A DNA stretch of 63,793 nucleotides, the filler included, from Chiloscyllium plagiosum (taxonomy: Eukaryota), in assembly GCF_004010195.1 (NCBI RefSeq). It is 4 parts of one record of this genome, joined end to end, with 100 filler letters (N's around TTAATTAATTAA, not from the genome) between each part and the next. Parts side by side here need not be neighbours in the genome. Positions count along the whole stretch, not along the records: positions 1 to 23,136 come from NC_057713.1; positions 23,237 to 41,146 come from NC_057713.1; 2 more parts are not named here. The stretch is one strand, 5' to 3'. The notes below the pieces were generated by a model. It searched no databases. It saw only the letters and a list, made by a program, of their open reading frames with translations, and was not told the origin of the DNA. The translations under genes and the position numbers were made by a program. Position 1 is the stretch's first letter. Every line of letters starts with the position of its first letter. This document shows positions 10,806-23,237 of the stretch, in pieces.

Positions 10806-13534
10806 CAGACACGTTCTCCTTCCCCAACTGCCATAGTGTTAAAGGTTTAGGTGGAGAGGAATTTTTGAAGTGTGTACAAGAAAATTTTCTGATTCAGTAT
10901 GTGAATGTACCTACTAGAGAAGGTGCAAAACTTGACCTACTCTTGGGAAATAAGGCAGGGCAGGTGACTGAGGTGTCAGTGGGAGAGCACTTTGGGGCCA
11001 GCAACCATCATTCTATTCGTTTTAAGATAGTGATGGAAAAGGATAGACCAGATCTAAAAGTTGAAGTTCTAAATTGGAGAAAGGCCAATTTTGACGATAT
11101 TAGGCAAGAACTGTCAAAAGCGGATTGGAGGCAGATGTTCGCAGATAAAGGGATATTAAACAAGTATTTTGCATCAGTATTTACTGTGGAAAAGAATACG
11201 GAAGATATAGACTGTAGGGAAATAGATGGTGACACCTTGCAAAATGCCCAAGTTACAGAGGAGGAAGTGTTGGATGTCTTGAAACGCATAAAGGTGGATA
11301 AATCCCCAGGACCTGATCAGGTGTACCCTAGAACTNNNNNNNNNNNNNNNNNNNNNNNNNNNNNNNNNNNNNNNNNNNNNNNNNNNNNNNNNNNNNNNNN
11401 NNNNNNNNNNNNNNNNNNNNNNNNNNNNNNNNNNNNNNNNNNNNNNNNNNNNNNNNNNNNNNNNNNNNNNNNNNNNNNNNNNNNNNNNNNNNNNNNNNNN
11501 NNNNNNNNNNNNNNNNNNNNNNNNNNNNNNNNNNNNNNNNNNNNNNNNNNNNNNNNNNNNNNNNNNNNNNNNNNNNNNNNNNNNNNNNNNNNNNNNNNNN
11601 NNNNNNNNNNNNNNNNNNNNNNNNNNNNNNNNNNNNNNNNNNNNNNNNNNNNNNNNNNNGAATGCTGGATGACTAAAGAAATTGAGGGTTTGGTTAAGAA
11701 AAAGAAGGAAGCATATGTCAGGTATAGACAGGATAGATCGAGTGAATCCTTAGAAGAGTATAAAGAGAGTAGGAATATACTTAAGAGGGAAATCAGGAGG
11801 TCAAAACTGGGACATGAGATAGCTTTGGCAAATAGAATTAAGGAGAATCCAAAGGGGTTTTACAAATATATTAAGGTCAAAAGGGTAACTAGGGAGAGAA
11901 CAGGGCTCCTCAAANNNNNNNNNNNNNNNNNNNNNNNNNNNNNNNNNNNNNNNNNNNNNNNNNNNNNNNNNNNNNNNNNNNNNNNNNNNNNNNATGTCCA
12001 GATTACAGAGGAGGAAGTGCTGGATGTCTTGAAATGGTTAAAGGTGGATAAATCCCCAGGACCTGATCAGGTGTACCAGAGAACTCAGTGGGAAGCTAAA
12101 GAAATGATTGCTGGGACTCTTGCCGAGATATTTGTATCATCGATAGTTACAGGTGAGGTGCCAGAAGACTGGAGGTTGACAAATGTGGTGCCACTGTTTA
12201 AGAAGGGCGGTAAAGACAAGCCATGGAACTATAGACCAGAGAGCCTGAGCGGTGGGCAAGTTGTTGGAGGGAATCCTGAGGGACAGGACGTACATGTATT
12301 TGGAAAGGCAAGGACTGATTCGGGATAGTCAACATGGCTTTGTGTGTGGGAAATCATGTCTCACAAACTTGATTGAGTTTTTTGAAGAAGTAACAAAGAA
12401 GATTGATGAGGGCAGAGCAGTAGAGGTGATCTAATGGATTTCAGTAAGGCATTCGACAAGGTTCAGTTAGGCATTTGACGAGATTCCCCATGATAGACTA
12501 GTCAGCAAGTTTAGATCTCATGGAATACAAGGAGAACTAGCCATTTGGATACAGAACTGGCTCAAAGGTAGAAGACAGNNNNNNNNNNNNNNNNNNNNNN
12601 NNNNNNNNNNNNNNNNNNNNNNNNNNNNNNNNNNNNNNNNNNNNNNNNNNNNNNNNNNNNNNNNNNNNNNNNNNNNNNNNNNNNNNNNNNNNNNNNNNNN
12701 NGGCTGAGAAGTGGCAGATGGAGTTTAATTCAGATAAATGCGAGGTGCTGCATTTTGGGAAAGCAAATCTTAGCAGGACTTATGCACTTAATGGTAAGGT
12801 CCTAGGGAGTGCTGCTGAACAAAGAGACCTTGGAGTGCAGGTTCATAGCTCCTTGAAAGTGGAGTCGCAGATATAGAGGATAGTGAAGAAGGCATTTGGT
12901 ATGCTTTCCTTTATTGGTCAGAGTATTGAGTACAGGAGTTGGGAGGCATGTTGCGGCCGTACAGGACAATGGTTAGGCCACTGTTGGGATATTGCATGCA
13001 ATTCTGGTCTCCTTCCTATCGGAAAGATGTTGTGAAACTTGAAAAGGTTCAGAAAAGATTTACAAGGATGCTGCCAGGGTTGGTGGATCTGAGCTACAAG
13101 TAGAGGCTGAACAGTCTGAGGCTGTTTTCCCTGGAGAGTCGGAGGCTGAGGTGTGATCTTATAGAGGTTTACAAAATTAAGAGGGGCATGGATAGGATAA
13201 ATAGACAAAGTCTTTTCCCTGGGGTCAGGAGTCCAGAACTAGAGGGACTCCTGACCCCAGGGAGTCCCTGGGTCAGAGGGGAAAGATATAAAAGAGACCT
13301 CGGGGCAACTTTTTCACGCAGAGGGTGGTACGTGAGCTGCCAGAGGATGTGGTGGAGGCTGGTACAATTGCAACATTTAAGAGGCATTCGGATGGGTAAA
13401 TGAACAGGAAGGGTTTGGAGGGATATCGGCCGGGTGCTGGCAGGTGGGACTAGATTGTGTTGGGATATCTGGTCGGCATGGACGGGTTGGACCGAAGGGT
13501 CTGTTTCCATACTGTACATCTCTATGACTCTATG
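10806..13534 (+). mobile_element. CR1 LINE ORF2 segments with assembly gaps
   Basis: PTREGAKLDLLL, KSPGPDQVYPRT (twice), PEDWRLTNV, SCLTNLIEFFEEV; (ACTCTATG) tail. Confidence 0.9.
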
Positions 13535-13900
13535 TCCTCATGTCACAGGAGTCTGGCTCAGGGCATCATGCAGGATTTGAATCCTATTGGTTCTAGTGTG
13601 GAAATGATGATTAACGCGAATCATGTGTAAAAATCTCAACTCTCATAAAGTCATGTAGCTCACTTATCAGTCCAAGGAACTGTTCTTTTGCAGATTACTA
13701 AGATGGTTGAGGTGTTGTGGCAAGGCTTCCTGAGATGGCCTCTGAACTTGGAGGCAAGACTGAAACCTTTTAATAGTGAGGTTGTGGGACCTGTAGCAAA
13801 GCAGCAGTTACTTGTAGACAAGCTCTGGTGAGTGTTGTAGTGCTTATTACTCATGCAGTTTAGGCAAGTGAACTATAGCTGAAACATAGCTGTGGTCTTA

Positions 13901-14830
13901 TGATGATGCTGCTCCTTTAACAAGTTTATATTGTCCTTGATTTTCCTTTCAGAGAGGCCATAAATGCAGAGACATTTAGGGCCAATATGATTATAGCTAA
14001 CAGATACTGCCACAGGCAAAAAGCTTTCACATTAAAAAAAAACACTTTTACAGTGAAAGGGAAGTGGCCAGATCTCCCAGCTCAGCTTGCCTCTGGTTTG
14101 GTTTAGGTTTACTCTAGCTGTTCAGAGCAAACAGTTAGTAATTTGATGCTGCTGGTAAAAGGAACAGTGACATGGAGGAAGGTGTTCCACACTGAATCTC
14201 TCTGCCACCTCTCTCTCTCCTGTAAGAACCTGTGTTTGATTTTATCTTTCTTGCCAAGGAGTGTTTATGGGGATTGTTGCAGGAATTTGGAACAGCATCA
14301 TTAAGTTGGGAAAATCTGTTGGGTTTTTGGAGAGGTGAAGTTTTCGATATTCTGTTCCCTTTTGTTTGCATTTCATTTGGTAATCTTGCAAATAAATTCT
14401 GTTTTGTTTAAAACTGAGTGTTTCGGCCAACTGCATCACTCCTGGAATATTCACTCCACACCCGCTGAAAACAATGAGTAAAGTTAGGGTCTGAGCTACT
14501 TTCTTGAAATGTTTTGAGGTGATCTGGCCTGGCCTAGCAGACTGGAAGCTCTTTGTGGGATTTGTTCTACAGTTCCAATTTTGGATTGGGTTACTGGTCT
14601 CGAAGGCAGCGAGTGGTAGGTGTTAGTGTCTTTTGCTCTGTGTGTTTATTACTGTTGGTTTAAACAGTAGCAATGGCTCTTTCAGTCACTGGGAGTTTTC
14701 TGGGGGTGGAAGGGCAGAGAGCTAAAACAGCAAAACTAGCAGCTGAAATGGCTGATGATTATGAGTTGGTCCACAAATCAAAGTTTGTTTTCCAAAATCA
14801 ATTTCAATCCATGAGAGGTAGAATTTGGGC
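13901..14830 (+). mobile_element. LTR-retrotransposon-like 5' LTR (~13901-14539) plus leader/gag-start remnant
   Basis: TG at 13901, CA at 14538-14539, AATAAA at 14391, followed by a TGG-starting PBS-like segment and an ATG ORF at 14673; family inferred only. Confidence 0.5.
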
Positions 14831-14846
14831 GAATGAGAAATCCTCA

Positions 14847-15902
14847 CAGGCAGAGAGTGGTTGTAGATGGAAAGTATTCTGCCTGGGAGACAGTGTTGAG
14901 TGGGGTCCCGCAGGGCTCTGTACTTGGGCCTCTGCTCTTTGTAATTTTTATAAATGACTTGGATGAGGAGGTTGAGCGGTGGGTTAGTAAATTTGCAGAT
15001 GACACAAAGGTTGGAGGTGTGGTCGATAGTGTAGAGGGCTACTGCAGGCTGCAGCGCGACATAGACAGAATGCAGAGCTGGGCTAAGAAATGGCAGATAG
15101 AGTACAACCTGGATAAATGTGAAGTGATGCATTTTGGAAGGTCGAACTCGAATGCTGAATATAGGATTAAAGACAGGATTCTTGGCAGTGTGGAGGAACA
15201 GAGGGATCTGGGTGTGCAAGTACGTAGATCCCTCAAAGTTGCCACCGAAGTGGGTAGGGTTGTTAAGAAAGCATATGGTGTTTTGGTTTTCATTAACGGA
15301 GGGGATAGAGTTTAAGAGCTGTGAGGTTTTGCTGTAGCTCTACAAGTCCCTGGTGAGGCCACACTTGGAATATTGTGTCCAGTTCTGGTCGCCCTACTAT
15401 AGGAAAGATACAGAGGCTTTGGAGAGGGTGCAAAGAAGGTTTACTAGGATGTTGCCTGGACTGGAGGGCTTGCCTTATGAAGAAAGGTTGAACAGGCTTG
15501 GACTTTTCTCTCTGGAGAGAAGGAGGAAGAGAGGAGACCTGATAGAGGTGTACAGAATAATGAAAGGAATAGATAGAGTCAATAGCCAGAGACTTTTCCT
15601 CAGGGCAGGATTGACTGGTACGACAAGTCATAGTTTGAAGATATTAGGAGGAAGGTACAAAGGAGACGTCAGAGGTAGGTTTTTTACAGAGAGTTGTGAA
15701 TGCATGGAATACGTTACCAGCGGTGGTGGTGGAAGCAGAGTCATTGGGGACATTTAAGTGACTGCTGGACATGCACGTGGATTGCAGTGAGTTGAGGGGT
15801 GCATAGGTTGTTACTATATTTTACATTCGGATTAAATCTCGGCACAACATCGTGGACCAAAGGGCCTGTTCTGTACTGTACTTTTCTATGTTCTATGTTC
15901 TA
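14847..15902 (+). mobile_element. CR1 LINE 3' part (RT core to tail)
   Basis: [41 protein letters not shown]; (TTCTATG)n tail. Confidence 0.95.
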
Positions 15903-15907
15903 CGGTA

Positions 15908-16530
15908 AGATCATAAGACATGGAAGTGGAAGTAAGGCCATTCAGCCCATCGAGTCCACTCTGTCATTCAATCATTGCTGATGGGCATATCAACTCCACT
16001 TATCCACACTTTCCCCGTAGCTCTTAATTTCTTGCGAGATCAAGAATTTATCAATGCACTCCATGTCAATGAATTCCACAAGCCCACCAATCTCTGGCTG
16101 AAGAAATGTATCCTTATTTTCATTTTAAATTGACCTCCTCTCATTCTAAGGCTGTGCCCACTGGTCCTAGTCTCCCCCCCGAAGGAAACAACTTCCTAGT
16201 GTCCATCCTTTCTAAGCCATGCAATATCTTGTAAGTTTCTATTAGATCTCCCATCAACCTTCTAGACTCAAATGAATACAATCCCAGGATCCTCAGCTGA
16301 TCATCATATGTTAGGCCTACTATTCCAGGGATCATCCGTGTGAATCTCCACTGGACATGCTCCAGTACCAGTATGTCCTTCCTGAGGTGTGGGACCCAAA
16401 ATTAGACACTGTTTTCTAAATGGAGCCTAACCAGAGCTTTATAAAGTCTCAGAAGCACATCACTGCTTCTATATTCCAACCCTGTTGAGATAAATGACAA
16501 CATTACATTTGCTTTCTTAATCCTAGACTC
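15908..16530 (-). mobile_element. CR1 LINE 3' fragment
   Basis: LYKALVRLHLE, LGLYSFESRRLMGDLIETYKIL on minus strand. Confidence 0.88.
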
Positions 16531-16539
16531 AGGGTCACA

Positions 16540-16918
16540 ATGAAGAAACTGGTGAAACTGGACCCTCCAACCACATGACATCAATGTGGATTTCACCAGT
16601 TTCCTCATTTCCCCTCCCCCCACCTTATCCCAATTCCAACCTTCTAACTCGGCACACACCTCATGACCTCTCCTACCTATCAACCTTTTTTCTCATCTAT
16701 TTGTTCCACCCTCCTCTCCGACCCATCACTGTTACCTCCACCTCCATCTATCTATTGCACTCACAGCTACCTTCCCCCCAGCCCCACCCCACTCCCATTT
16801 ATCTCACCACCTCCACTGCTCACAGCCTCATTCCTGATGAAGGGCGTTGCCCAAAACTTTAGTTGTCCTACTCCTCAGATGCACCCTGACCTGCTGTGCT
16901 TTTCCAGCACCCCACTCT
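16540..16918 (+). mobile_element. Penelope-like element 3' end with degenerate hammerhead
   Basis: Pyrimidine-rich tract then CCTGATGAAGGGCGTTGCCCAAAAC...CCTGACCTGCTGTGCTTTTCCAGCA; same family as 60363-60615. Confidence 0.75.
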
Positions 16919-17682
16919 CGAGAATTACAGCTTTGTTGATTGCATTAAGCTTGGTGCATAGCATAAGGTTTCCATCTGTTGGTTTTGCTCAATGATTGGG
17001 TCCAATATCCACAATAATGAGTTCCCTTACTTAATGACAATGTATTATTGCACTTGTTCCAGCTCCTGTAAATTTCAGCACAGATTGCAAACAGCAACCA
17101 TTTCTAGTTTTTAAAAATTGGTGGAATCGATATCTTATTGCACGGAGAATGAGAGTGTCTCTTGATCTCCCCAAGGAGGAGGGAGACCAACTTTTTTTTG
17201 TTGTGTCATCAATCATATTACTGCATACTTTGAAGAAGGCTTCAATTTTGAATCAATTTGTAAAATTTCTGCCATTAGCTACATAGAAAATAAACATGAT
17301 GATGTTTTTGCCAAATCCTGGAACTTATTGTTCAAACTCAAAATAATTAAGTTGTCTTAAACCTGAACAGTGTCTGTTGCAGAAGGAAAGTAAGTTACAA
17401 AAAGTGCCTGTGCTAAAGTTACTTACTTACCTGAATCGATGAGAAGCAACTTGAGAGGCCTGCAATGTTGAGTGAGCATTCCTTAAAATGACATGGTTTT
17501 TGTGATGATATGTACTTTACTCTCAAGAAGACATTCCTCCACATATTGAACTTATGATACTATCTGGCATTAAAAGTCTAAGTGACCATGTAAACTTTAT
17601 TAATTATCATTAAAAACCCCACCTAGTTCACAACTGTCCTTTAGGGAATAAAACCCATTGTTCTTACCAGTCTTGACTTCTA

Positions 17683-17946
17683 TGGGTGGCACGGTGGCTC
17701 AGTGGTTAGCACTGCTGCCTCACGGTCCCAGGTTCGGTTCCAGCCTTGGGCAACTGTCTGCGTGGGTTTCCTCCAGGTGCTCTGGTTTCCTCCCACAGTC
17801 CAAAGATGTGCAGATCAGGTGAATTGGCCATGCTAAATTGCCCATAGTGTTAGAGGCATCATTCGGAGGGAGATGGGTTACTCTTTGGAAGGTCGGTGTG
17901 GAGTGGTTGGGCCGAAGGGCCTATTTCCACACTGTAGGGAATCTAA
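17683..17946 (+). mobile_element. HE1-like SINE inserted into an older SINE-like repeat (~17560-18005)
   Basis: SINE head/core/tail; flanks (GTTCAC...GTCCTTTAGGGAA; CACAGCAATGTG) resemble the repeat at 19310-19450. Confidence 0.85.
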
Positions 17947-18214
17947 GCTATTTGGTTCCAGAAGCACAGCAATGTGAATACGCTTAACTGTCCACTAAAA
18001 TGGCTGTGCCAGTGGTATCAAATCACTGAAATGCCTCAAAGATTAAATGAAACCAGGTGGATCACCTGGTATTGACTGAGTCACTGGAAATGACAGCGAT
18101 AAACTTAGCCCTTTTGACCTTCCAAACTCTGCTTTACTGACATTTATGCGCTTGTGCCAAAATTGGGAGAGCTGTCTCACAGATTAGTCAAAGAACAGCC
18201 TACCTTCATTGAGT

Positions 18215-19090
18215 TATAGAGTCATAGAAGCCTGCAGCACAGAAAAAGGCCCTTCAGCTCATCAAATCTGTGCCAGTCAAAAGCAAGTACTAAATCACTA
18301 TAATCTCACTTTCAACAAGTGGCACACAGTGTTATATACTTGGCATCACAAGACCACATCTAAATAAAAGCTATGAGAGTTTCTGCCTCTACCACCCTTT
18401 CAGGCAGTGAGTTCTAGATTTCCACTATGTTTTGGCTGAAAAATATTCCTCACATGCCTTTAAACTTCTTGCTCCTTTCCTTAAATCGATGCCTTTGGTC
18501 GTTGATCTCTCCAACAAGGGGAAAGATTTCTTTTTGTCAGCCATCTATGTCCCTCATAATTTTATCATTTTAATCATGTCCTCCCTCAGTATCCACTACT
18601 CCAAGGAAAGCAAGCTCAGTCTAGCCAATGTCTCATCATAACTTCCAGCCAGGGTGTATCCTTGTAAACCTCCTCTGCATCCTCTCCAATGCAATCACAT
18701 CCCTCTTATAAATGTAGCTTCCAGAACTGCACCTAATACTAGAACTGTGCCCTAAGCAGAATTTTATACAATTCCAGCATCATCTACCTGCTGTTAAATG
18801 CCATGCCTCAGCTAATAAAGGCAATTATCTCATATGCTTTCTTAATCTCTTTATCTAGCTGCCCCATTACCTTAAAGAACTGGTGTACAAACATACCAAG
18901 ATCTCTCTGATCCTTAGTGCTTTCCAGGGTCACATCATTCATCGTGTATTCTGCTGCTTTGTTTGTTAAGCCCAAGTGCATCACTGCACACTTATCTGGG
19001 TTGAATTTCAGTTGTCACTAATCAGCCCATCTGACCAGTGACATTCTATACCCTCTTGTATTTTAAGGCTATCCTTCTCACTTTTTAACC
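18215..19090 (-). mobile_element. Decayed CR1 3' fragment
   Basis: ATAGAGTCATAGA tail, GGCCCTTCAGCTC, CCAGAACTGCAC (VQFW) motifs. Confidence 0.75.
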
Positions 19091-19499
19091 ACTATTTTTC
19101 AAAAAGCTGAATAAATGTTTAGATTAAGGTGGTATAGTTAATGCAGTCTGCATGAATTTAAGTAAGACTTCTGACAAAGTCTCACATGGGAGCCAGGTCA
19201 AAGAAGTAGGAATTTGGCAAATTGGATCCAAAATTCCCTTAGTAGCAGGATGCAGAGAATGATGATTGAAGATTATTTATGTGACTAGAATGTAATGTCT
19301 CATGATACTCATGACCATCGATTGTCTTAAAAAACCCAATGTGAACCCTGGTTCACTAATGTCTTTTAGAGAAGAAAATTTGCTTTCCTTATGTGATCTG
19401 GCCTAACTGTGACTCCAGATCCACAGCAATGTGGTGGATTCCTAATTCCACATAACTAATCTAACTTGATTATTGTCATTGAAACAGCACAACAAATAT

Positions 19500-21600
19500 G
19501 CGTTTACCATGAAGACTTGGTAACTTGGGGAAATTAGTTCTGTTATCTTGGGGACAGTCCATACCACAGGAGAGAAGGTGTTTGACATATTAGAATGTAC
19601 GAAGGTGGATAAATCTCATGGTCCTGACCAGATATACCTAAGAAAACTGCAAGAGGCCAGAGAAGACATTACGGGAGCCCTGGCTGATATTTTTGCATCA
19701 CGGGTAGCGAATGTTGTGCCCTTATTCAAGAAAGGCTACAAAGAAAAACCTGGGAACTGTAGACCAGTAAGCCAAACATCTGTGGTAGGTATGTTATGTG
19801 AGAAGATTCTGAGAGATAAAATATAAATGCATTTGGAAAGAGAGGGTTTGATTAGGAGTAGTCAGCATGACTTTGTGTGTGGGAGATCATGCCTTACAAA
19901 TTCGTTTGAGCTCTTTGATGAAGTGACCAGGAAGGTTGATGAGGACAAAGCAGTGGATGTTGCCTGTATGGATTTCAGTAAGCCTTTGATAAGGTCCCAC
20001 ATGGTAAGCTGCTCTGAAAGGTTAGTTCACAGGGAATCCAGGGAGACGTGGCTAATTGAATACACAGTTGGCTTGATAGAGTCATAGAGACATAGAGATG
20101 CTGTTTCCACACTGTAAGTAATCTAATCTAATCTAATCTAAGGTGTACAGCACAGAAACAGACCCTTCGGTCCAACTCATCCATGCCAACCAGATATCCC
20201 AATCCAATCTAGTCCCACCTGCCAGCACCTCCCACCCTAAACCTATGCCCTCTCATTCTGGACTTTCCAACCCCAGGGAAAAGACTTTGTCTATTTATCC
20301 TATCATGATTTTATAAACCTCTATAAGGTCACCCCTCAGCGTTCGACGCTTCAGGGAAAACAGCCCTAATCTATTCAACTTTTCCCTATAGCTCAAACCC
20401 TCCAACCCTGGCAACATCCTTGAAAACCTTTTCTGAACCCTTTCAAGTTTCACAACATTCTTTCCGATAGGAAGGAGACCAGAACTGCACGCAATATTCC
20501 AACAGTGGCCTAACCAATGTCCTATACATACGGAGCATTACCTCCCAATTCCAGTGCTCAGTGCACTGACCAATAAAGGAATGCATACCAAATACCTTCT
20601 TTACTATCCTATCTACCTGCGACTCGAAGCAGAGGGTAAGAGTGGAAGGATGCTTGTCGGACTGGAGGTCTGTGACTATTGGTGTGCCTCAGGGGTCAGC
20701 GCTGGGCCCATTACTGTTTGTTATCTATATCAATGATTTGGATGAGAATATACAAGGCATGATTAGTAAGTTTTCAGATAACACTAAAATAGGCAGTATC
20801 TTGGACAATGAGGAAAGATTTCAGAAATTACAGTAGGATCTTGATCAGCTGGGGAAGTGGTCCGAGAAATGACAAATTTAATATAGATAAGTCTTGTATT
20901 TTGGACAGTCAAAGCAAGGTGAGAGGTTCATGGTGATTGGTAGGACCTTAAGGAGTGTAGTGGAACAGAGGGACCTTGGAATTCAGGTGCACAGGTCTCT
21001 GAAAGTGGAGTCACAGGTAGATAGGACAGGGAAGAAATCTTTCAGCAAACTGTCCTTCATCAATCAGGGCAATGAGTATCGAAGTTGAGAAGTAATGTTG
21101 CAGATGTACAGGACATTGGTGAAGCCGCGCTTAGAGTGTTGTGTTCAGTTTTGGCCACCTTGCTATAGGAAAGATGTTATTAAACTGAAAAGAGTGCAGA
21201 AGAAATTTATAAGGAAGTTGTCAGGACTCAATGGATTTAGTTATAGGGAGACGTTGGACAAGCAAAGGCATTTTGTTTTCTTTAGAGCATAGGAGACTGG
21301 GGGGAGATTTTATAGAAATGTTAAAGACCATGAGAGGCATGGATAGGGTGAATGCACTCAGAGGGCATCAGTTGAAGGTAAGAAAAAAAGGGAACCTGAG
21401 GGGCAACGTTTTTACACAGAGGGAGGTATGCATATGGAATGAGCTGCCAGCAGAAGTGGCTGAGGCGGGTACATTAACAACATTTAAAAGACATTTGGGC
21501 AAATACATGGATAGGAAAGATAGATAGAAGGATATGAGTCAAGTGCAGGGAAATGGGGTTCCCATGGTTGGCATAGACTAGTTTGGAGCGAAGTGCTTGG
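19500..21600 (+). mobile_element. CR1 LINE ORF2 fragment split by an antisense CR1
   Basis: KSHGPDQIY, CRPVSQTS, GVPQGSALGPLLF, FSDNTK; host resumes at ~20626. Confidence 0.88.
20076..20625 (-). mobile_element. Nested CR1 3' fragment carrying a ~40-bp SINE tail (20101-20141, +)
   Basis: (ATAGAGTC) tail and reverse complement of 12920-13534; CTGTTTCCACACTGTAAG(TAATC)n insert. Confidence 0.85.
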
Positions 21601-22499
21601 TAACGTTCAGAGAAGTACATGGAATTACTTTTGTTAGTCTTTGCATCTGCATGTCCATTCAACTAAAACACTTTACCACAAATAATCTTCTTTTGGCAGA
21701 CCCTTGTGCAATCATCTACATTTTTTAAGTTACATATTTCTTATTTTGCACAGTGATGCCATTTTTATTTATGCAGTGACATCATTGATCATTTATATAT
21801 TCTTAATTTAGCCTAAAATTTAAACTTTTCATGTTGCATGGCCTGCCAGCAAAGCTAAGAATAAAGCAAAATCTAAATTTGGTTGTAAATTATTTTCTGT
21901 GAATACTTGAGAATTTGTTAATTATTTATTTATTGTGCTCAATTAGAAATCAGATTTTTAATGATATTCCTACGATGTTCCATAGCTGTTGTGATAATGT
22001 AAGCAAAAATTAATAATTAAAAATAGTACGCTGCTGTTGAATAATATACTTCTCCCCCACAAAAAATTGCTCAATGTCATGCCACTTGGTGGATTTTTTT
22101 AATTTTTAAAGCTGACTATTTAAGTATAATTACAGTAGCTTCACACAGCTTTGAAGGAAATTATGCTGGCTTTTTGGATTTTGTATTAAATCCTTTGAAT
22201 AAAACAGCAATTAATTGTGATGTAGATACATGGAAGCTATTATTCAAAAGAATGAAAAGCATCGAAGGCCCAGAACTGATGTTCAACAAGCTGCAATTTT
22301 ACTAGCAAATTATTCCATCTGGTGCATGAACAGCCAACTATTCGTGTCACATTCACAGTGAGTGGTGGACAGCACAATTTTTTGCAGTTAATCATAGGTG
22401 AACTGGCAATATTATAATTTGGAATATTTTGATCTAGTATTTCCTAATACTGATTAGACCTATTTAGTTCAAACAGTTTTGATTAAGCGGTTTGGTGTG

Positions 22500-22928
22500 T
22501 CCAGGAAGGGTTTATGACACAGTATGGAGATAAGTCGACTAGAGGGGAGGCCATATTGGATATGATGCTTGGCAATGAAACAGGCCAGGTGTTAGATCTT
22601 TCAGTGGGAGAGCATTTTGTTGATAGTGATCACAACTCCTTGACCTTAGCTATACTCATGGAGAAGGATAGGAGCAGATGGTATGGGAAAGTATTTAATT
22701 GGGGGAGGGGGAATTACAATTACAAGGCAGGAACTGGGGTGCCTAAAGAGATATTCTCAGGGAATTGCACAACAGAAATGTGGAGTTTGTTTAGGAAGAA
22801 CCTGCCGATGGTGCTGGACAGGCTTGTCCCACTGATGCAAGGAAGGGATACTTGGTTGAAAGAAACTTGGGTGACAAGAGATGTGGAACATCTGGTCAGG
22901 AGGATGAAGGAAGCTTACGTAAAGTTGA
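22500..22928 (+). mobile_element. CR1 LINE ORF2 fragment (EN C-terminus)
   Basis: TRGEAILDMML, SDHNSL, FNWGRGNY. Confidence 0.85.
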
Positions 22929-23136
22929 GGAGCTGAAAATGTGTTGCTGGAAAAGCGCAGCAGGTCAGGCAGCATCCAAGGAGCAGGAGAATCGACATTT
23001 CGGGCATGAGCCCTTCTTCAGGAATGAGGAAAGTGTGTCCAGCAGGCTAAGATAAAAGGTAGGGAGGAGGGACTTGGGGGAGGGGTGTTGGAAATGCGAA
23101 GGAGGTCAAGGTGAGGGTGATAGGCCGGAGTGGGGT
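22929..23136 (-). mobile_element. Penelope-like 3' terminus with hammerhead motif
   Basis: Reverse complement of 60363-60615; hammerhead at 22990-23026. Confidence 0.8.
22990..23026 (-). ncRNA. Minimal type-I hammerhead ribozyme motif
   Basis: Minus strand ATTC-CTGAAGA-A-GGGC-TCAT-GCCC-GAAAT-GTC-GATT. Confidence 0.7.
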
Positions 23137-23237
23137 NNNNNNNNNNNNNNNNNNNNNNNNNNNNNNNNNNNNNNNNNNNNTTAATTAATTAANNNNNNNN
23201 NNNNNNNNNNNNNNNNNNNNNNNNNNNNNNNNNNNNC
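23137..23237. other. Assembly gap with artificial TTAATTAATTAA linker
   Basis: Same N-linker-N structure at 23181, 41191 and 60307. Confidence 0.95.

Noticed and set aside
10694..12328. 544-aa ORF
   Set aside because: Reads through N-runs and fuses old LINE, SINE tail and CR1 pieces
23181..23192. TTAATTAATTAA palindrome as a biological motif
   Set aside because: Identical in three equal-style N gaps and has stops in all frames; artificial spacer
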